64,000 bases of DNA from an uncultured Actinomycetes bacterium (lineage in GTDB: Bacteria > Actinomycetota > UBA4738 > HRBIN12), in NCBI GenBank assembly GCA_963786805.1, contig CAWBAK010000004.1, positions 455,813 to 519,812 on the forward strand, written 5' to 3'. Below the pieces are notes generated by a model that was not told the origin of the DNA, did no database searches, and saw only the letters and a program-made list of their open reading frames with translations. Below, in pieces: positions 41,371-51,280 of the stretch. Each line of letters opens with the position of its first letter. Position 1 is the first letter of the stretch. The translations under genes were made by a program, and so were the position numbers.

Positions 41371-43828
41371 TCAGACGAGCGACTCGAGGGCGAGCGAAAC
41401 CGCGGCGTCCGGCGTCAGCCTCCGGCCTGCATCCCATCCGAGCGCGAATGTGGAGTCGTCGAGCTCCCTGCGGACCCTTGTGAGCGTCCGCTGGATCTCT
41501 GAACTCAGCCACGGACGCACGCTCATGCCGATCTCCTCGCGCAGAGCTTCCGAGCCCCCCAGTAGCCGTACTGCCACATCCGGCTGTCCCATCAGGGCGG
41601 TGATGTCTGCGCAGCGACAGAGCTCGATCGCGATCCCGCCGAGATCACCAAGATCTCGGTACAAGCGAACCGACTCCGCCGCGAGCGAGACGGCGTCCTC
41701 GACTCGGCCTTCGTCCGCCGCGTACGACGAAAGTGCACCGAGCGTGGTCGCCATGATCGGCGCGTTGCCGAGCGCACGGGCTCGAGCGAGGTTCTCCTCG
41801 TGGGTCGCCCGGGCGCGCGTTCGATCACCCAGCGTGTCGTACATCCACGCGATCAGGCGAGTGGCCAAGAACCAGTGGTGCCGATCGCCGAGCTCGCGAA
41901 ACGCGTCCGCGGCCTCTTCGAACAACCGCCTCGCCATTTCAGGTTCCTCTTGATCCGCGGCGGCGTGACCCAACAGGAGGAGCGAGTACCCGGCGCCCCA
42001 CCGATCCCCGAGCGATCGATGGAGCGCAAGCGCTTCGTCGCCCCAGCGTTGCACGCTCGCGGCGTCACCGGTATCGATCGCGAGGTCCGCGGCGCCGAGG
42101 AGTGCCCTCGCTCGAGCCGCCGTCGGACGGTCATCGGCCCTGAGCGCGTCCTCGACGCGACGCCGGCCTTCGACGAGATGGAATCGCATGGACCAGAACA
42201 TCGACGCCGCTCCCGCCAGGCGCAGGACGAGCTCGGTCGCTCCGGAGGACTCGAGCACGTCGAGGGCCGTCCGCAGGTTGTCGTGCTCACGCTCGAGCCG
42301 GTCCAGCCAGTCCTTGGACTCCTCGCGCAGGTGCGGCGCCGCCTCCTCGGCAAGGGACAAGAAGTGCTCGGCGTAGGAACGCCGCCACCCATCAGCTTCA
42401 CCCGATGCGTCGAGCCGCTCGATCGCGTACTCGCGGATCGTCTCGAGCATCCAGAACCGGTCCTCGGTGCGACGGAGCAGGCTCTTGTCGACGAGCGACT
42501 GCAGCACGTCGAGGTCGGCGTCGACGACCTCCTCGGCCGACTCGAGCGTGCACCCGCCGGCGAATACTGCGAGGCGCGCGAACAGCCTCCGCTCCCCGTC
42601 GTCGAGCAGCTCGTGCGACCACTCGATCGCGGCTCGCAGCGTCTTCTGCCGGGGGTCGGCGTCGCGCCCTCCCTTCAACACGTCGAGGCGGCCAGAGAGC
42701 CGCTCGAGGATCTTCGCCGGCGAGAGCACTCTCGCCCTCGCGGCGGCGAGCTCGAGGGCGAGGGGAAGGTTGTCGAGGGCCTGGCAGAGCTGCGTGGACG
42801 ATTTCGTTCGGCTCGGTCCGCGCACGGGCACAGAACAGTTCGACAGCCTCGGGATCGGCGAGCGGCACCACGGCGTACTCGACCTCACCTCGCACGCGAA
42901 GGAGCTCGCGGCTCGTGACGAGCACCTTCAGGTGCGGGCAGGACTCCACGAGGGACACGAGCTCGGGTGCCGAGTCGATGACCTGCTCGAGGTTGTCGAG
43001 CAGGAGGAGGAGCTCGCGCTCGCCGATGTGCTCGGCGAGGCCGTCCCTCGCGCCGAGCGTCTGCGCGACCGCGTCGACGACGAGCGCCGGATCGCGCAGA
43101 GGCGCCAGGCCGACCCAGAAGACGCCCGCCTTGAACTCGGGGACGAGCGCGGCGGCCGCCTCGATCGCGAGCCGGGTCTTGCCCGAACCTCCCGGTCCCG
43201 TGAGCGTGAGCAGGCGGGCGCCGTCCCGGAGCATCGACACGACCTCCCCAACCTCCCGGTCCCTGCCGACGAACGAGCTCGCCGGCCGTGGCAAGTTCGT
43301 GTTCGAGATGGTCTTGAGTGGCGGAAAGCGCTCGGCGCCGAGCTGGAAGATGGCTACCGGCTCGTCGAAGTCCTTCAGTCGATGTTCGCCGAGATCGGTG
43401 ACCTCGCCGAGGACAAGATCGCGAGTCGCCTTCGAGAGGAGGACCTGGCCTCCGTGGCCGGCCGAGGCGATGCGCGCGCCGAGGTGAACGTCCTCGCCGA
43501 CGTACCCTTCGGGCGACACGTGCGGCGTGCCCGTGTGCAGCCCCACACGGACGCGGATGGGTCCGTCGGCGAGCCCATCCAGCGCCTCGCGTGCCGCCTC
43601 GAGCGCGCCGGTCGCCGTCGCGAACGCGACGAAGAAGGCGTCGCCCTGCGTGTCGACCTCCACGCCGCCGTGACGTTCGAAGGCCGAGCGCAGGACGCGG
43701 CGGTGCTCGTTCAGGACGTCCGCGTACCGATCCGCGCCGAGCTCGTGCAGGATCTTCGTCGAGCCCTCGACGTCGGTGAAGACGAAGGTGACCGTCCCGG
43801 ACGGGAGATCGCGGCGCACGGACGCCAT
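41371..43828 (-). CDS. class III adenylate/guanylate cyclase domain + NB-ARC/AAA ATPase + TPR-like repeat protein; frameshift ~42810
   Basis: ATG 43828: MASVRRDLPSGTVTFVFTDVEGST..TQGDAFFVAF..RVRVGLHTGTP (cyclase), then ..LTLTGPGGSGKTRLAIE..LLLLDNLEQV.. (P-loop, ORF 42398..44179), then ..ALDNLPLALELAAARARVL.. and TPR-like helices (ORF 41371..42888, other frame). Confidence 0.75.
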
Positions 43829-43847
43829 GATGCGCCGATGGGTCGCG

Positions 43848-44429
43848 CTAGGCGCGCGGCCCCGAACGGTTGTATCGGTCCTGCGTCGCTGGGAGGCCGT
43901 CGCGGACGATCGACAGCGTCGCGTCGGCGCCGTCGTCGACGAGTTGCGCGACGTCGGGCTCCTCGCGCTTGGCGAAGTCCTCGAGGACCCAGTCGGCGGC
44001 GTCCTTGCGACCCGTGGGACGCCCGACACCGAGGCGCACCCGGTAGAACTCGGGCGTCCGCAGCGCGCCGGCGAGCGAGCGCAGACCGTTGTGTCCCGCC
44101 GTCGAGCCGCCGAACTTGACGCGGAGCGCGCCGAACGGGAGGTCGATCTCATCGTGCACGGCGATGAGGTGGTCGGCATCGACGTGGTGCTTGCGCGCGA
44201 GCGATGCGAACGCCGGCCCGTTCTCGTTCATGAACGCATGGGCCTTCGCGAGGACGATGCGCTCGTCCCCCTCTCGGATCTCGCACGCGTCGACGGGGAC
44301 GAACCGCACCTTCTTGAAGCGCTCGCCCGAGCGCGAGCAGAGCTCGTCCACGACCATGTAGCCGAGGTTGTGGCGGTTCTTCGCGTATCGCGGACCCGGG
44401 TTGCCGAGCCCGGCGACGAGCCAGGTCAT
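43848..44429 (-). CDS. pth: peptidyl-tRNA hydrolase
   Basis: MTWLVAGLGNPGPRYAKNRHNLGYMVVDEL..; 193 aa. Confidence 0.9.
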   Translation of the reverse strand: MTWLVAGLGNPGPRYAKNRHNLGYMVVDELCSRSGERFKKVRFVPVDACEIREGDERIVLAKAHAFMNENGPAFASLARKHHVDADHLIAVHDEIDLPFGALRVKFGGSTAGHNGLRSLAGALRTPEFYRVRLGVGRPTGRKDAADWVLEDFAKREEPDVAQLVDDGADATLSIVRDGLPATQDRYNRSGPRA

Positions 44430-44441
44430 GGCCGTGAGGGC

Positions 44442-45110
44442 TTAGCCCTCGGACTGCTCGGCCGCGTTCTCGGCCTCCTCGCCGGTGGCGCCCTCGCCCT
44501 CTTCCTCGGCGGCCTCGCCCTCGACGCCCTCCGCCGCCTCCTCCTCGGGCTCGATCGCCATCTGTGGCTGCACCGCGGCGATGACGGATTCATCGGGGTT
44601 CGTGAGGATCGTCACGCCGTCAGGCGCCACGAGGTCGGCGACGCGCAGTGAGTCGCCGATCTCCAGTGATGAAACGTCGACCTCGATCGCCTCGGGGACG
44701 TTCGTCGGCAGACACTCGACGCGGATGTCCCAGAGGTGATGCTCGAGCACGCCCCCGGCCTTCACGCCGGGCGACTCGCCGACCACGCGGACCGGCACGT
44801 CGATCTCGATGTTCTCGTCGCGGCGGACGACGAGGAAGTCGACGTGGATGAAGCGGCCCTTGATGTGATCGCGCTGGACCTCCCGCGGCATCGCGAGGTG
44901 CTCCGTCCCGTCGACGACGAGGTCCACCAGGACGTTCGCCCCGGCGCCCGTGTGGAAGACGTGGAAGAGCTCTTTGGAGTCGACGGAGAGCGGAAGCGGC
45001 GGCATCCCGTGGCCGTAGAGGACGGCGGGCACTCGGCCGGATGCCCGAAGCTTGCGGGCGACGCCCTTGCCGGAGTCTTCCCGCTTCTCGGCGGCTAGCT
45101 TCTGTTCCAT
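44442..45110 (-). CDS. rplY: 50S ribosomal protein L25 / general stress protein Ctc
   Basis: ..ARKLRASGRVPAVLYGHG..FHVFHTGAGANVLVDLVVDG..QRDHIKGRFIHVDFL.. with acidic C-terminal tail; Met 45110 chosen. Confidence 0.9.
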   Translation of the reverse strand: MEQKLAAEKREDSGKGVARKLRASGRVPAVLYGHGMPPLPLSVDSKELFHVFHTGAGANVLVDLVVDGTEHLAMPREVQRDHIKGRFIHVDFLVVRRDENIEIDVPVRVVGESPGVKAGGVLEHHLWDIRVECLPTNVPEAIEVDVSSLEIGDSLRVADLVAPDGVTILTNPDESVIAAVQPQMAIEPEEEAAEGVEGEAAEEEGEGATGEEAENAAEQSEG

Positions 45111-45221
45111 CTGGCGGTTCTCCTTCGCGGCTGCCGCTTCGGTGCTCGAGCCCTCGGCCGGGAATGGTACCAACACGCTGCAGCGATGGACTTCACCGAC
45201 ACCCGGCGGGTGTCTCGTTCG

Positions 45222-46397
45222 TCACCCTGCGGCACTGCCGGTCAGCTCTCGAACGGCGGATCGCCCGACGACGTCGGCATCAGCGGCGGAGCCCGGTGAC
45301 GGACCCGCCCGGTAGCGAGCTCCGTTCGGGCGTCGCCACGTCACGCCGCCATCGCGCTCCCGTTCCACAGACCATCCGTACTCGTGGACGAGTCGGTGAT
45401 GGAACGAGCAGATCAACAAGAGGTTGTCGAGATCGGTGCGACCGCCGTGCCGCCACCAGACGATGTGGTGCGCCTCGGTGAATCGCTTCGCTCCGCATCC
45501 GGGGAACCGGCACTCGCGGTCGCGGTAGCGGACCTGGCGGATCATCCACGGAGCGGGATCTCGGGACATCCGTCCGAGCCCGAGGACGCGCCCGTCGCCA
45601 TCCTCCACGACGGTCTGGACCCGGCCGTTGCAGAGCAATCGTCGCACCGTCTGCGAGTGGACCACCGGACCGCCCTCGAGCTCGCAGCCGGCAAGACCCC
45701 CCTCCGTCATCCCAAGTCGGGCGTGGACGACCACGGTCGCACGATCGGGCTCGGCGTCGACCGCGATCCGGGCGGAGCAGAGCGCCACGAGGGCATCGGC
45801 TCTGCGGGCAGGGGCATCGTGATCGCGCTCCTCGTCGGGCATCGTCGGCACGGTCTCGGCCACGCGCTCGAGCGCCCGAGCTACGATCGCACCCTGCGAC
45901 GCGGGGAGCTCGGCCTCCAGGCCGAACCGGCGCCCATCGTCGAAGTACCACCACGACGCCGAGCGAGCCTGCTCGGTTTCGCGGACGTCGTCGATCGAGG
46001 GCTTCGTCTCGATGTCGCCGCGATGCCGCACCGTGCCGCACGACACCGCTCGCGCCCATGGGATCAGGCGGCTTTCGGTCTCGGGCGTCGCGAATCGAGC
46101 GAGCTCCACAACCTTGTCGATGCCGAGGTGCCCGGTCTGCAGGGCTTCGGAGATCCGAGGCAGTGCCTCCAGCGCATGGGCGGCGGCGATCCATCGCCTC
46201 GCCTTCCACTGCGAGATGCCGTAGCGCATGCCGAGCCAGTGCGCGGCGTCTCGAGCTCCTGAGTTCCGCCATGTCTCGAAGCGATCGGCCGCGGCGACAA
46301 GCTGCAGAAACATCAGCTGAGCGCGACCGACGGACGCGTGGGCAGCGTCCAGCTCCATGGCAACCGCTTCGCGGTCCCGGAACGGGGCGTCGAACAT
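45222..46397 (-). CDS. HNH endonuclease with N-terminal DUF222 domain (REP13E12-type)
   Basis: 391 aa, intact; C-terminal ..CRFPGCGAKRFTEAHHIVWWRHGGRTDLDNLLLICSFHHRLVHE.. is the HNH motif; N-terminal 300 aa resemble the DUF222 of mycobacterial REP13E12 elements. Confidence 0.85.
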   Translation of the reverse strand: MFDAPFRDREAVAMELDAAHASVGRAQLMFLQLVAAADRFETWRNSGARDAAHWLGMRYGISQWKARRWIAAAHALEALPRISEALQTGHLGIDKVVELARFATPETESRLIPWARAVSCGTVRHRGDIETKPSIDDVRETEQARSASWWYFDDGRRFGLEAELPASQGAIVARALERVAETVPTMPDEERDHDAPARRADALVALCSARIAVDAEPDRATVVVHARLGMTEGGLAGCELEGGPVVHSQTVRRLLCNGRVQTVVEDGDGRVLGLGRMSRDPAPWMIRQVRYRDRECRFPGCGAKRFTEAHHIVWWRHGGRTDLDNLLLICSFHHRLVHEYGWSVERERDGGVTWRRPNGARYRAGPSPGSAADADVVGRSAVRELTGSAAG

Positions 46398-46627
46398 GTG
46401 TTCGAGCCTACCGATTCACCGTTCTGGCGTCTGTGAACTGCATCACTTCCGGCAAGGGATCCGTACAAGCGTCGCGCCCCAACGGCGTTCGTCCGGACGC
46501 GCGACGTTCGAGCCGGACGCGTCGCATCACTCTGTCCTTCGACAACCGCCGCGAAGAAACGCCGCACCCACCGCGAGGGAACCGCTCGCTCGCGCGTCTC
46601 CTAGATAGGAGGCGAGCGGAGACCCGT

Positions 46628-47149
46628 ATGGTGAGCGCAGCGGTGACCGAGAGCGAAGAGCGGCGTGCGGGCGGGCTCGAGGACCTGTACGAGCGGCACG
46701 CGCCGGCAGCGGTGCGGTTGGCGTTCCTGATCACCTCCGACCGGGAACTCTCACGCGACATCGCCCAGGAGGCGTTCGTCCGGGTGGCCGGCCGCTTCCG
46801 TCACCTTCGCGTCCCCGACGCGTTCGACACCTACCTGCGACGGACCGTCGTCAACCTGTGCATGTCGTACTTCCGTCGCCGTCGGCTCGAGCGAGCGCAT
46901 CTCGAGCGCGAGGCGGCCTCGCCGTCGCGCGTCCAGGAGCCGCCCGAGCTCGGCGCAAGGGACGAGCTGCGGCGGGCGCTCCAACGGCTCCCCGCGCGGC
47001 AGCGAACGGCGATCGTCCTCCGCTACTACGAGGACCTTTCCGAGGAAGGCGTGGCGTCCGCGATGCGGTGCTCCGTCCCGGCGGCGCGATCGCTCGTTTC
47101 ACGGGGCATGGAGACGCTTCGAACGATCGTGAGGAGTGAGGACCGATGA
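46628..47149 (+). CDS. ECF (sigma-70 family) RNA polymerase sigma factor
   Basis: 173 aa; region 2 LYERHAPAAVRLAFLITSDRELSRDIAQEAFVRV and region 4 LPARQRTAIVLRYYEDLSEEGVASAMRCSVPAARSLVSRG. Confidence 0.8.
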   Translation: MVSAAVTESEERRAGGLEDLYERHAPAAVRLAFLITSDRELSRDIAQEAFVRVAGRFRHLRVPDAFDTYLRRTVVNLCMSYFRRRRLERAHLEREAASPSRVQEPPELGARDELRRALQRLPARQRTAIVLRYYEDLSEEGVASAMRCSVPAARSLVSRGMETLRTIVRSEDR

Positions 47150-48696
47150 ACGACCTCGAACGGGACATCCGCGACCTGTTGGACGAAGAGGTCCGCTCGG
47201 CGCCGGCGCCGCACGAGAGGACCGGCGCTCTCCGAAAGACCCGCCGCCGCCAGGGAGCCGTGATCCTCGGCGGCGCACTCGTCGCCGTCGCACTCGTCGC
47301 GGGATCCTTCGCCGGCCTTCGCTTCATCGACCGCGCCGACGACCCGACCTTCGGCGACCAGCCGATCGTCACGACGTCCGTCAACGGCATCACGATGTCG
47401 CATCCCGAGGGCTGGTACGTGGTCGACCCGGACGAAGCGGGGCTGAACGGATCCGAACCGTCGCCGGACCTCCCCAAGCTGATCCTCGCCGTCGCCCCGT
47501 TCGATCCCGGCGAGCTGTTCGCCTGCCCGGGGATGACGCAAGGGACGCCACACCAGTTCCTCCTGACGATCCAGGAGGCGCCGCGCGCGCTCAACGGCCC
47601 CGCGTCGGCGCCGTGGCCGGTCGAGCTCGAGCCGCTCGAGGTCGGCGCGGCCGAATCCGGCTGCTACCCGGACTGGGGATTCCTGCGTGCCGCGTGGACG
47701 GCCGCAGGCCGGACGTTCGAGGCGCGAGCGGGGTTCGCGCCCGACGTGAGCGACGCAGACCGCGACGCGCTTCTCGTTGCCTTCGCGAGCCTCACCTTCG
47801 ACGCGGGAACCGGCGGCGCGACGTCGTTCGTCCTCGCCACGGGGACCACGGACGGCGAGGACTGGGAGCTCATCGCGGGTGCGGGACTCCTCCCGGCCTC
47901 TGGTGAGTCGGGCGGGCTGGAGCTGACGCTGAACGCAGAGAGCGTGAGTGCCGGGATCGGAGGGTTCCAACCATCGAACCCGACGATCTCGATGGCCCAA
48001 CAACAGCTCGGGACCGGGGACCAAGCCCAGCGGGTGGTGTTCGGAGCGGTGCCGTCGGAGGCGGTTCGCCTCGGCCTCGAGGTGTCCGGTGGCGATCCTG
48101 TCGCGATCGCGGCCCCGGAGATCCTCGACGTGCCGGACGAGATGGACCGGCGGCTGAACGCCTTCGTCTTCACGCTCCGTCTCGACCAGACCGGGGTCGT
48201 GACGGCCTACGACGCATCGAACGCGGCGATCGCCACCGGCACCGTCGGATCCGACGGCGGTGGCGCGCGCCCGACGCCGGTACCGAACGAGGGCATGCTC
48301 GAGGACGGACGGCATTTCGGGTTCATCCGCGCGGTGCATCCCACCGAGCGCACGCTCGAGTTCGACCTCGCGTACTGGCTCACCGGAGATGAGGCCGATG
48401 CCGCCTACCAGGAGGCGACGGGAGACACCGGCCCGGTTCCGAACGACGTCTTCGTGGTGAACGACAACCCACGGTTGCGCGAGCTCGTGCTCTCGCCCGA
48501 GCTCCAGCTTGTGCTGCTCGACTGGAACCGGTGCTGCGACACGTTCTTCGAGGGCGACCTCGAGCTCTTCGCGCAGGCGATCGAGGAGCAAGGGGACGTC
48601 CTGGACGGCGGCGTCGTCTACCGGGGCATCAGCCAATGGTGGATCACCGTCGAGAACGGCGTCGTCACCCGGATCGAGGAGCAGTACGCGCCGTAG
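47146..48696 (+). CDS. membrane-anchored anti-sigma-factor-like protein (short cytoplasmic N-terminus, one TM, ~450-aa extracytoplasmic domain)
   Basis: ATG overlaps the sigma gene stop (ATGA); TM GAVILGGALVAVALVAGSFAGL after a 35-aa N-terminus; no frameshift; no recognisable zinc anti-sigma motif. Confidence 0.6.
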   Translation: MNDLERDIRDLLDEEVRSAPAPHERTGALRKTRRRQGAVILGGALVAVALVAGSFAGLRFIDRADDPTFGDQPIVTTSVNGITMSHPEGWYVVDPDEAGLNGSEPSPDLPKLILAVAPFDPGELFACPGMTQGTPHQFLLTIQEAPRALNGPASAPWPVELEPLEVGAAESGCYPDWGFLRAAWTAAGRTFEARAGFAPDVSDADRDALLVAFASLTFDAGTGGATSFVLATGTTDGEDWELIAGAGLLPASGESGGLELTLNAESVSAGIGGFQPSNPTISMAQQQLGTGDQAQRVVFGAVPSEAVRLGLEVSGGDPVAIAAPEILDVPDEMDRRLNAFVFTLRLDQTGVVTAYDASNAAIATGTVGSDGGGARPTPVPNEGMLEDGRHFGFIRAVHPTERTLEFDLAYWLTGDEADAAYQEATGDTGPVPNDVFVVNDNPRLRELVLSPELQLVLLDWNRCCDTFFEGDLELFAQAIEEQGDVLDGGVVYRGISQWWITVENGVVTRIEEQYAP

Positions 48697-48699
48697 TCG

Positions 48700-49677
48700 C
48701 TACTGGTTCTCGCCGTTGAAGAGCTCGGAGACGCTCGTGTCCTCGAACACCGCACGGAGTGCGTCGGCGATCAGCGGCGCGATCGAGAGCACCGTGAGCT
48801 TCCCGAAGACCTTCTCCTCGGGGATCGGCACGGTGTTCGTCACGACCACCCCCTGGATCGGAGACTCCTCCAGCAGCTGGACAGCCTTGCCCGAGAGCAC
48901 GCCGTGGGTCGCCGCGGCGTAGATCGGGCCGGCGCCGTGCTGCGCGAGGATCCCCGCGCCGGCCGCGACCGTCGAGGCGGTGTCGATCATGTCGTCGACG
49001 ATGACGCACGGCCGTCCCTCGACCTCACCGACCACCGCCATCTCCTCGATCTTGTGCGCCTCGTGGCGTGACCGCCGCTTGTACAGGAACGCAAGGTCCG
49101 CGTGCATGCTCTCGCGCAGCCGCTCGGCGGTCTTGATCCGGCCGGCGTCGGGCGCGACGACGACCACGTCCTCGTCGTGCAGCCCGAGGTCGTCGTGCAG
49201 GTACTTCGTCAAGACCGGCAGCGCCGTCAGGTGGTCGAACGGGAAGTCGAAGAAGCCCTGGATCTGTCCCGCATGCAGGTCGACCGATACGACACGGTTC
49301 GATCCGGCCACCGTCAGGAGATCGGCGACGAGCTTCGCGCTGATCGGTTCCCGCGCGAGCCCTTTCTTGTCCTGCCGCGAGTAGCCGTAGTACGGCACGA
49401 CGGCCGTGATGCGCTTGGCGCTCGCGCGCTTCATCGCGTCGATCATCACGATCTGCTCCATGATCGACTCGTTGATCGGGTCGGCGTGCGTCTGGATGAT
49501 GAAGACGTCGGCGCCGCGGACGCTCTCCTCGGCGCGGAAGTAGATCTCGCCCGACGCGAACCGCGACATCTTCGCGTTCGCGAGCGGTACCCCGAGGTTG
49601 TCGGCGATCTCCTGGGACAGCGCGGGATGCGTCGTCCCGGAGAACAGCATCATCTTCTTCTTGGTGACGATCTCCAC
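48700..49677 (-). CDS. prs: ribose-phosphate diphosphokinase
   Basis: ..KKKMMLFSGTTHPALSQEIADNLGV..GADVFIIQTHA..VVPYYGYSRQDKK..CVIVDDMIDTAST..; GTG 49677 lies 1 nt after the glmU stop. Alternative ATG at 49653. Confidence 0.9.
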   Translation of the reverse strand: MEIVTKKKMMLFSGTTHPALSQEIADNLGVPLANAKMSRFASGEIYFRAEESVRGADVFIIQTHADPINESIMEQIVMIDAMKRASAKRITAVVPYYGYSRQDKKGLAREPISAKLVADLLTVAGSNRVVSVDLHAGQIQGFFDFPFDHLTALPVLTKYLHDDLGLHDEDVVVVAPDAGRIKTAERLRESMHADLAFLYKRRSRHEAHKIEEMAVVGEVEGRPCVIVDDMIDTASTVAAGAGILAQHGAGPIYAAATHGVLSGKAVQLLEESPIQGVVVTNTVPIPEEKVFGKLTVLSIAPLIADALRAVFEDTSVSELFNGENQ

Positions 49678-49678
49678 C

Positions 49679-51106
49679 TCAGTGCGCCCCCTTGCTCTTC
49701 CCCCGCGCTTCGGCCTCGTCGTCCTTACGCTTGCGATATCCCTTCACGGTGCGCTGCTCCGAGCGCTCGACGGCGAGGGCACCCGGCGGAACGTCCTTCG
49801 TGATCACCGATCCCGCCCCCGTCACCGCGCCGTCCCCCACCCGCACCGGCGCCACCAGCATCGTATCCGAACCGATCCGCACGTCGTCCCCGATGACCGT
49901 CTTGTGCTTCTCGTATCCGTCGTAGTTCACGGTCACCGTCGACGCGCCGACGTTCGTCCGCTCTCCGATCGTCGCGTCGCCGACGTAGGACAGATGCGGC
50001 ACCTTCGAACCGCGCCCCACCTTCGAGGCCTTGACCTCCACGTACGTCCCGACCTTCGACCCGTCCTCGAGCACGGTCCCCGGCCGCAGCCGGGCGAACG
50101 GTCCGACGTCGACGCCCCGGCCGATCTTCGCGCCGTCGACGACCGAGAACCGAACGGTCGAACCCTCCCCGACACGAGAGTCGGCGATCTGGGTCGACGG
50201 CCCGATGACCGCTCCCGCGCCGATCCGCGTCGTGCCCTCCAGGAAGGTGTTCGGGTAGATCGTCGCGTCGGGCCCGATCGCCACGTCGGCGTCGATGAAC
50301 GTCGTCGCGGGGTCGAGCAGGGTGACCCCGTTCGCCATGTGGGCCGCGTTGATCCGCTCGCGGACGATGCGCGTGGTCTGCGCCAGGTTGGCGCGTGAGT
50401 TGATGCCCATCGCGCCCCCGACGTCGACCTTGACGGCCGAGATGCGCTCGCCCTTGTCCATCAGGATCGGGAACACTTCGTTCAGGTAGTACTCCTTCTG
50501 CGAGTTGTCGCGGCCGACGAGCGGAAGGGCGCGGAACAGGTCGGCGCGCCGGAAGGCGAACAGGAGCAGCGACACCTCGTTGATCCGCTTCAGGTCCGCG
50601 GGAGCGTCGGTCCCCTCGACGATCTGCACCAAGCGCGTGCCGTCTCGAACGATCCGCGCGTAGCCGCCGGGCTCCGACACCTCCGTGGTGAGGATCGTCC
50701 CGGCGCTCTTGGTCCTGCGGTGCACGCGCAGCAACTGGCGGATGTGATCGGGTTCGACGGGATCGAAGTCACCGCCGACGACGAGGACCTCCTTGGCCCG
50801 CCCGATCGCCTGCTCGGCCGCGAGGACCGCATGCCCGGTCCCGAGCGGCTCACCCTGCTCGACGAAGACCGGCTCGGGACGGCACCCCCACGACGCCACG
50901 GCCTCGCGGACCTCGTCGGCGCCGTGGTGGACGACGATCACGATCCGGGACGGCCGCGCGGCCGCGACGTTCCGCAGCACCCACCAGAGCGCCGGCCGGC
51001 CGGCGATCGGATGCAGGACCTTCTGGGTTGCGGACTTCAGACGCTTGCCCTTCCCCGCCGCCAGCACGACCGCGGCGAGCGAGGGGGACGAAACGGTCTT
51101 CGGCAC
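49679..51106 (-). CDS. glmU: bifunctional UDP-N-acetylglucosamine diphosphorylase / glucosamine-1-phosphate N-acetyltransferase
   Basis: LAAVVLAAGKGKRLKS..GTGHAV.. nucleotidyltransferase domain plus C-terminal hexapeptide left-handed beta-helix repeats. Confidence 0.9.
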   Translation of the reverse strand: MPKTVSSPSLAAVVLAAGKGKRLKSATQKVLHPIAGRPALWWVLRNVAAARPSRIVIVVHHGADEVREAVASWGCRPEPVFVEQGEPLGTGHAVLAAEQAIGRAKEVLVVGGDFDPVEPDHIRQLLRVHRRTKSAGTILTTEVSEPGGYARIVRDGTRLVQIVEGTDAPADLKRINEVSLLLFAFRRADLFRALPLVGRDNSQKEYYLNEVFPILMDKGERISAVKVDVGGAMGINSRANLAQTTRIVRERINAAHMANGVTLLDPATTFIDADVAIGPDATIYPNTFLEGTTRIGAGAVIGPSTQIADSRVGEGSTVRFSVVDGAKIGRGVDVGPFARLRPGTVLEDGSKVGTYVEVKASKVGRGSKVPHLSYVGDATIGERTNVGASTVTVNYDGYEKHKTVIGDDVRIGSDTMLVAPVRVGDGAVTGAGSVITKDVPPGALAVERSEQRTVKGYRKRKDDEAEARGKSKGAH

Positions 51107-51201
51107 GAGGTCCTTTCCGTTCGGCGCCGCTCCTTTGTACTTGCGCGCCCGCCGGGTGGCAAGACGACCGCTCGCGCCGTCTTGCGACGGTGCCCGGGGA
51201 G

Positions 51202-51272
51202 TTCCGGGGGGAGGAGTCGAACCTCCATCGAAGGCTCCAAAGGCCCGCGTCTTGCCGTTAGACCACCCCGGA
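51202..51272 (-). tRNA. tRNA-Gln (anticodon TTG)
   Basis: TCCGGGGTGGTCTAACGGCAAGACGCGGGCCTTTGGAGCCTTCGATGGAGGTTCGACTCCTCCCCCCGGAA has a 7-bp acceptor stem with U1-A72 (typical of Gln), D-stem GTCT/AGAC, anticodon loop CTTTGGA, T-arm GGAGG-TTCGACT-CCTCC; one mismatch in the anticodon stem; no CCA encoded. Confidence 0.7.
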
Positions 51273-51280
51273 CGGACCGA

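Noticed and set aside
38281-41502. 1073-aa plus-strand ORF
   Set aside because: Exactly antisense to mfd; typical long shadow ORF of 70% GC DNA with low-complexity R/A/G/P composition.
46590-46627. GGGAACC box upstream of the stand-alone ECF sigma gene as an ECF promoter
   Set aside because: The GGAAC is followed after only 12 nt by CGTC, too short for the usual 16-17-nt spacer. Left as unproven.
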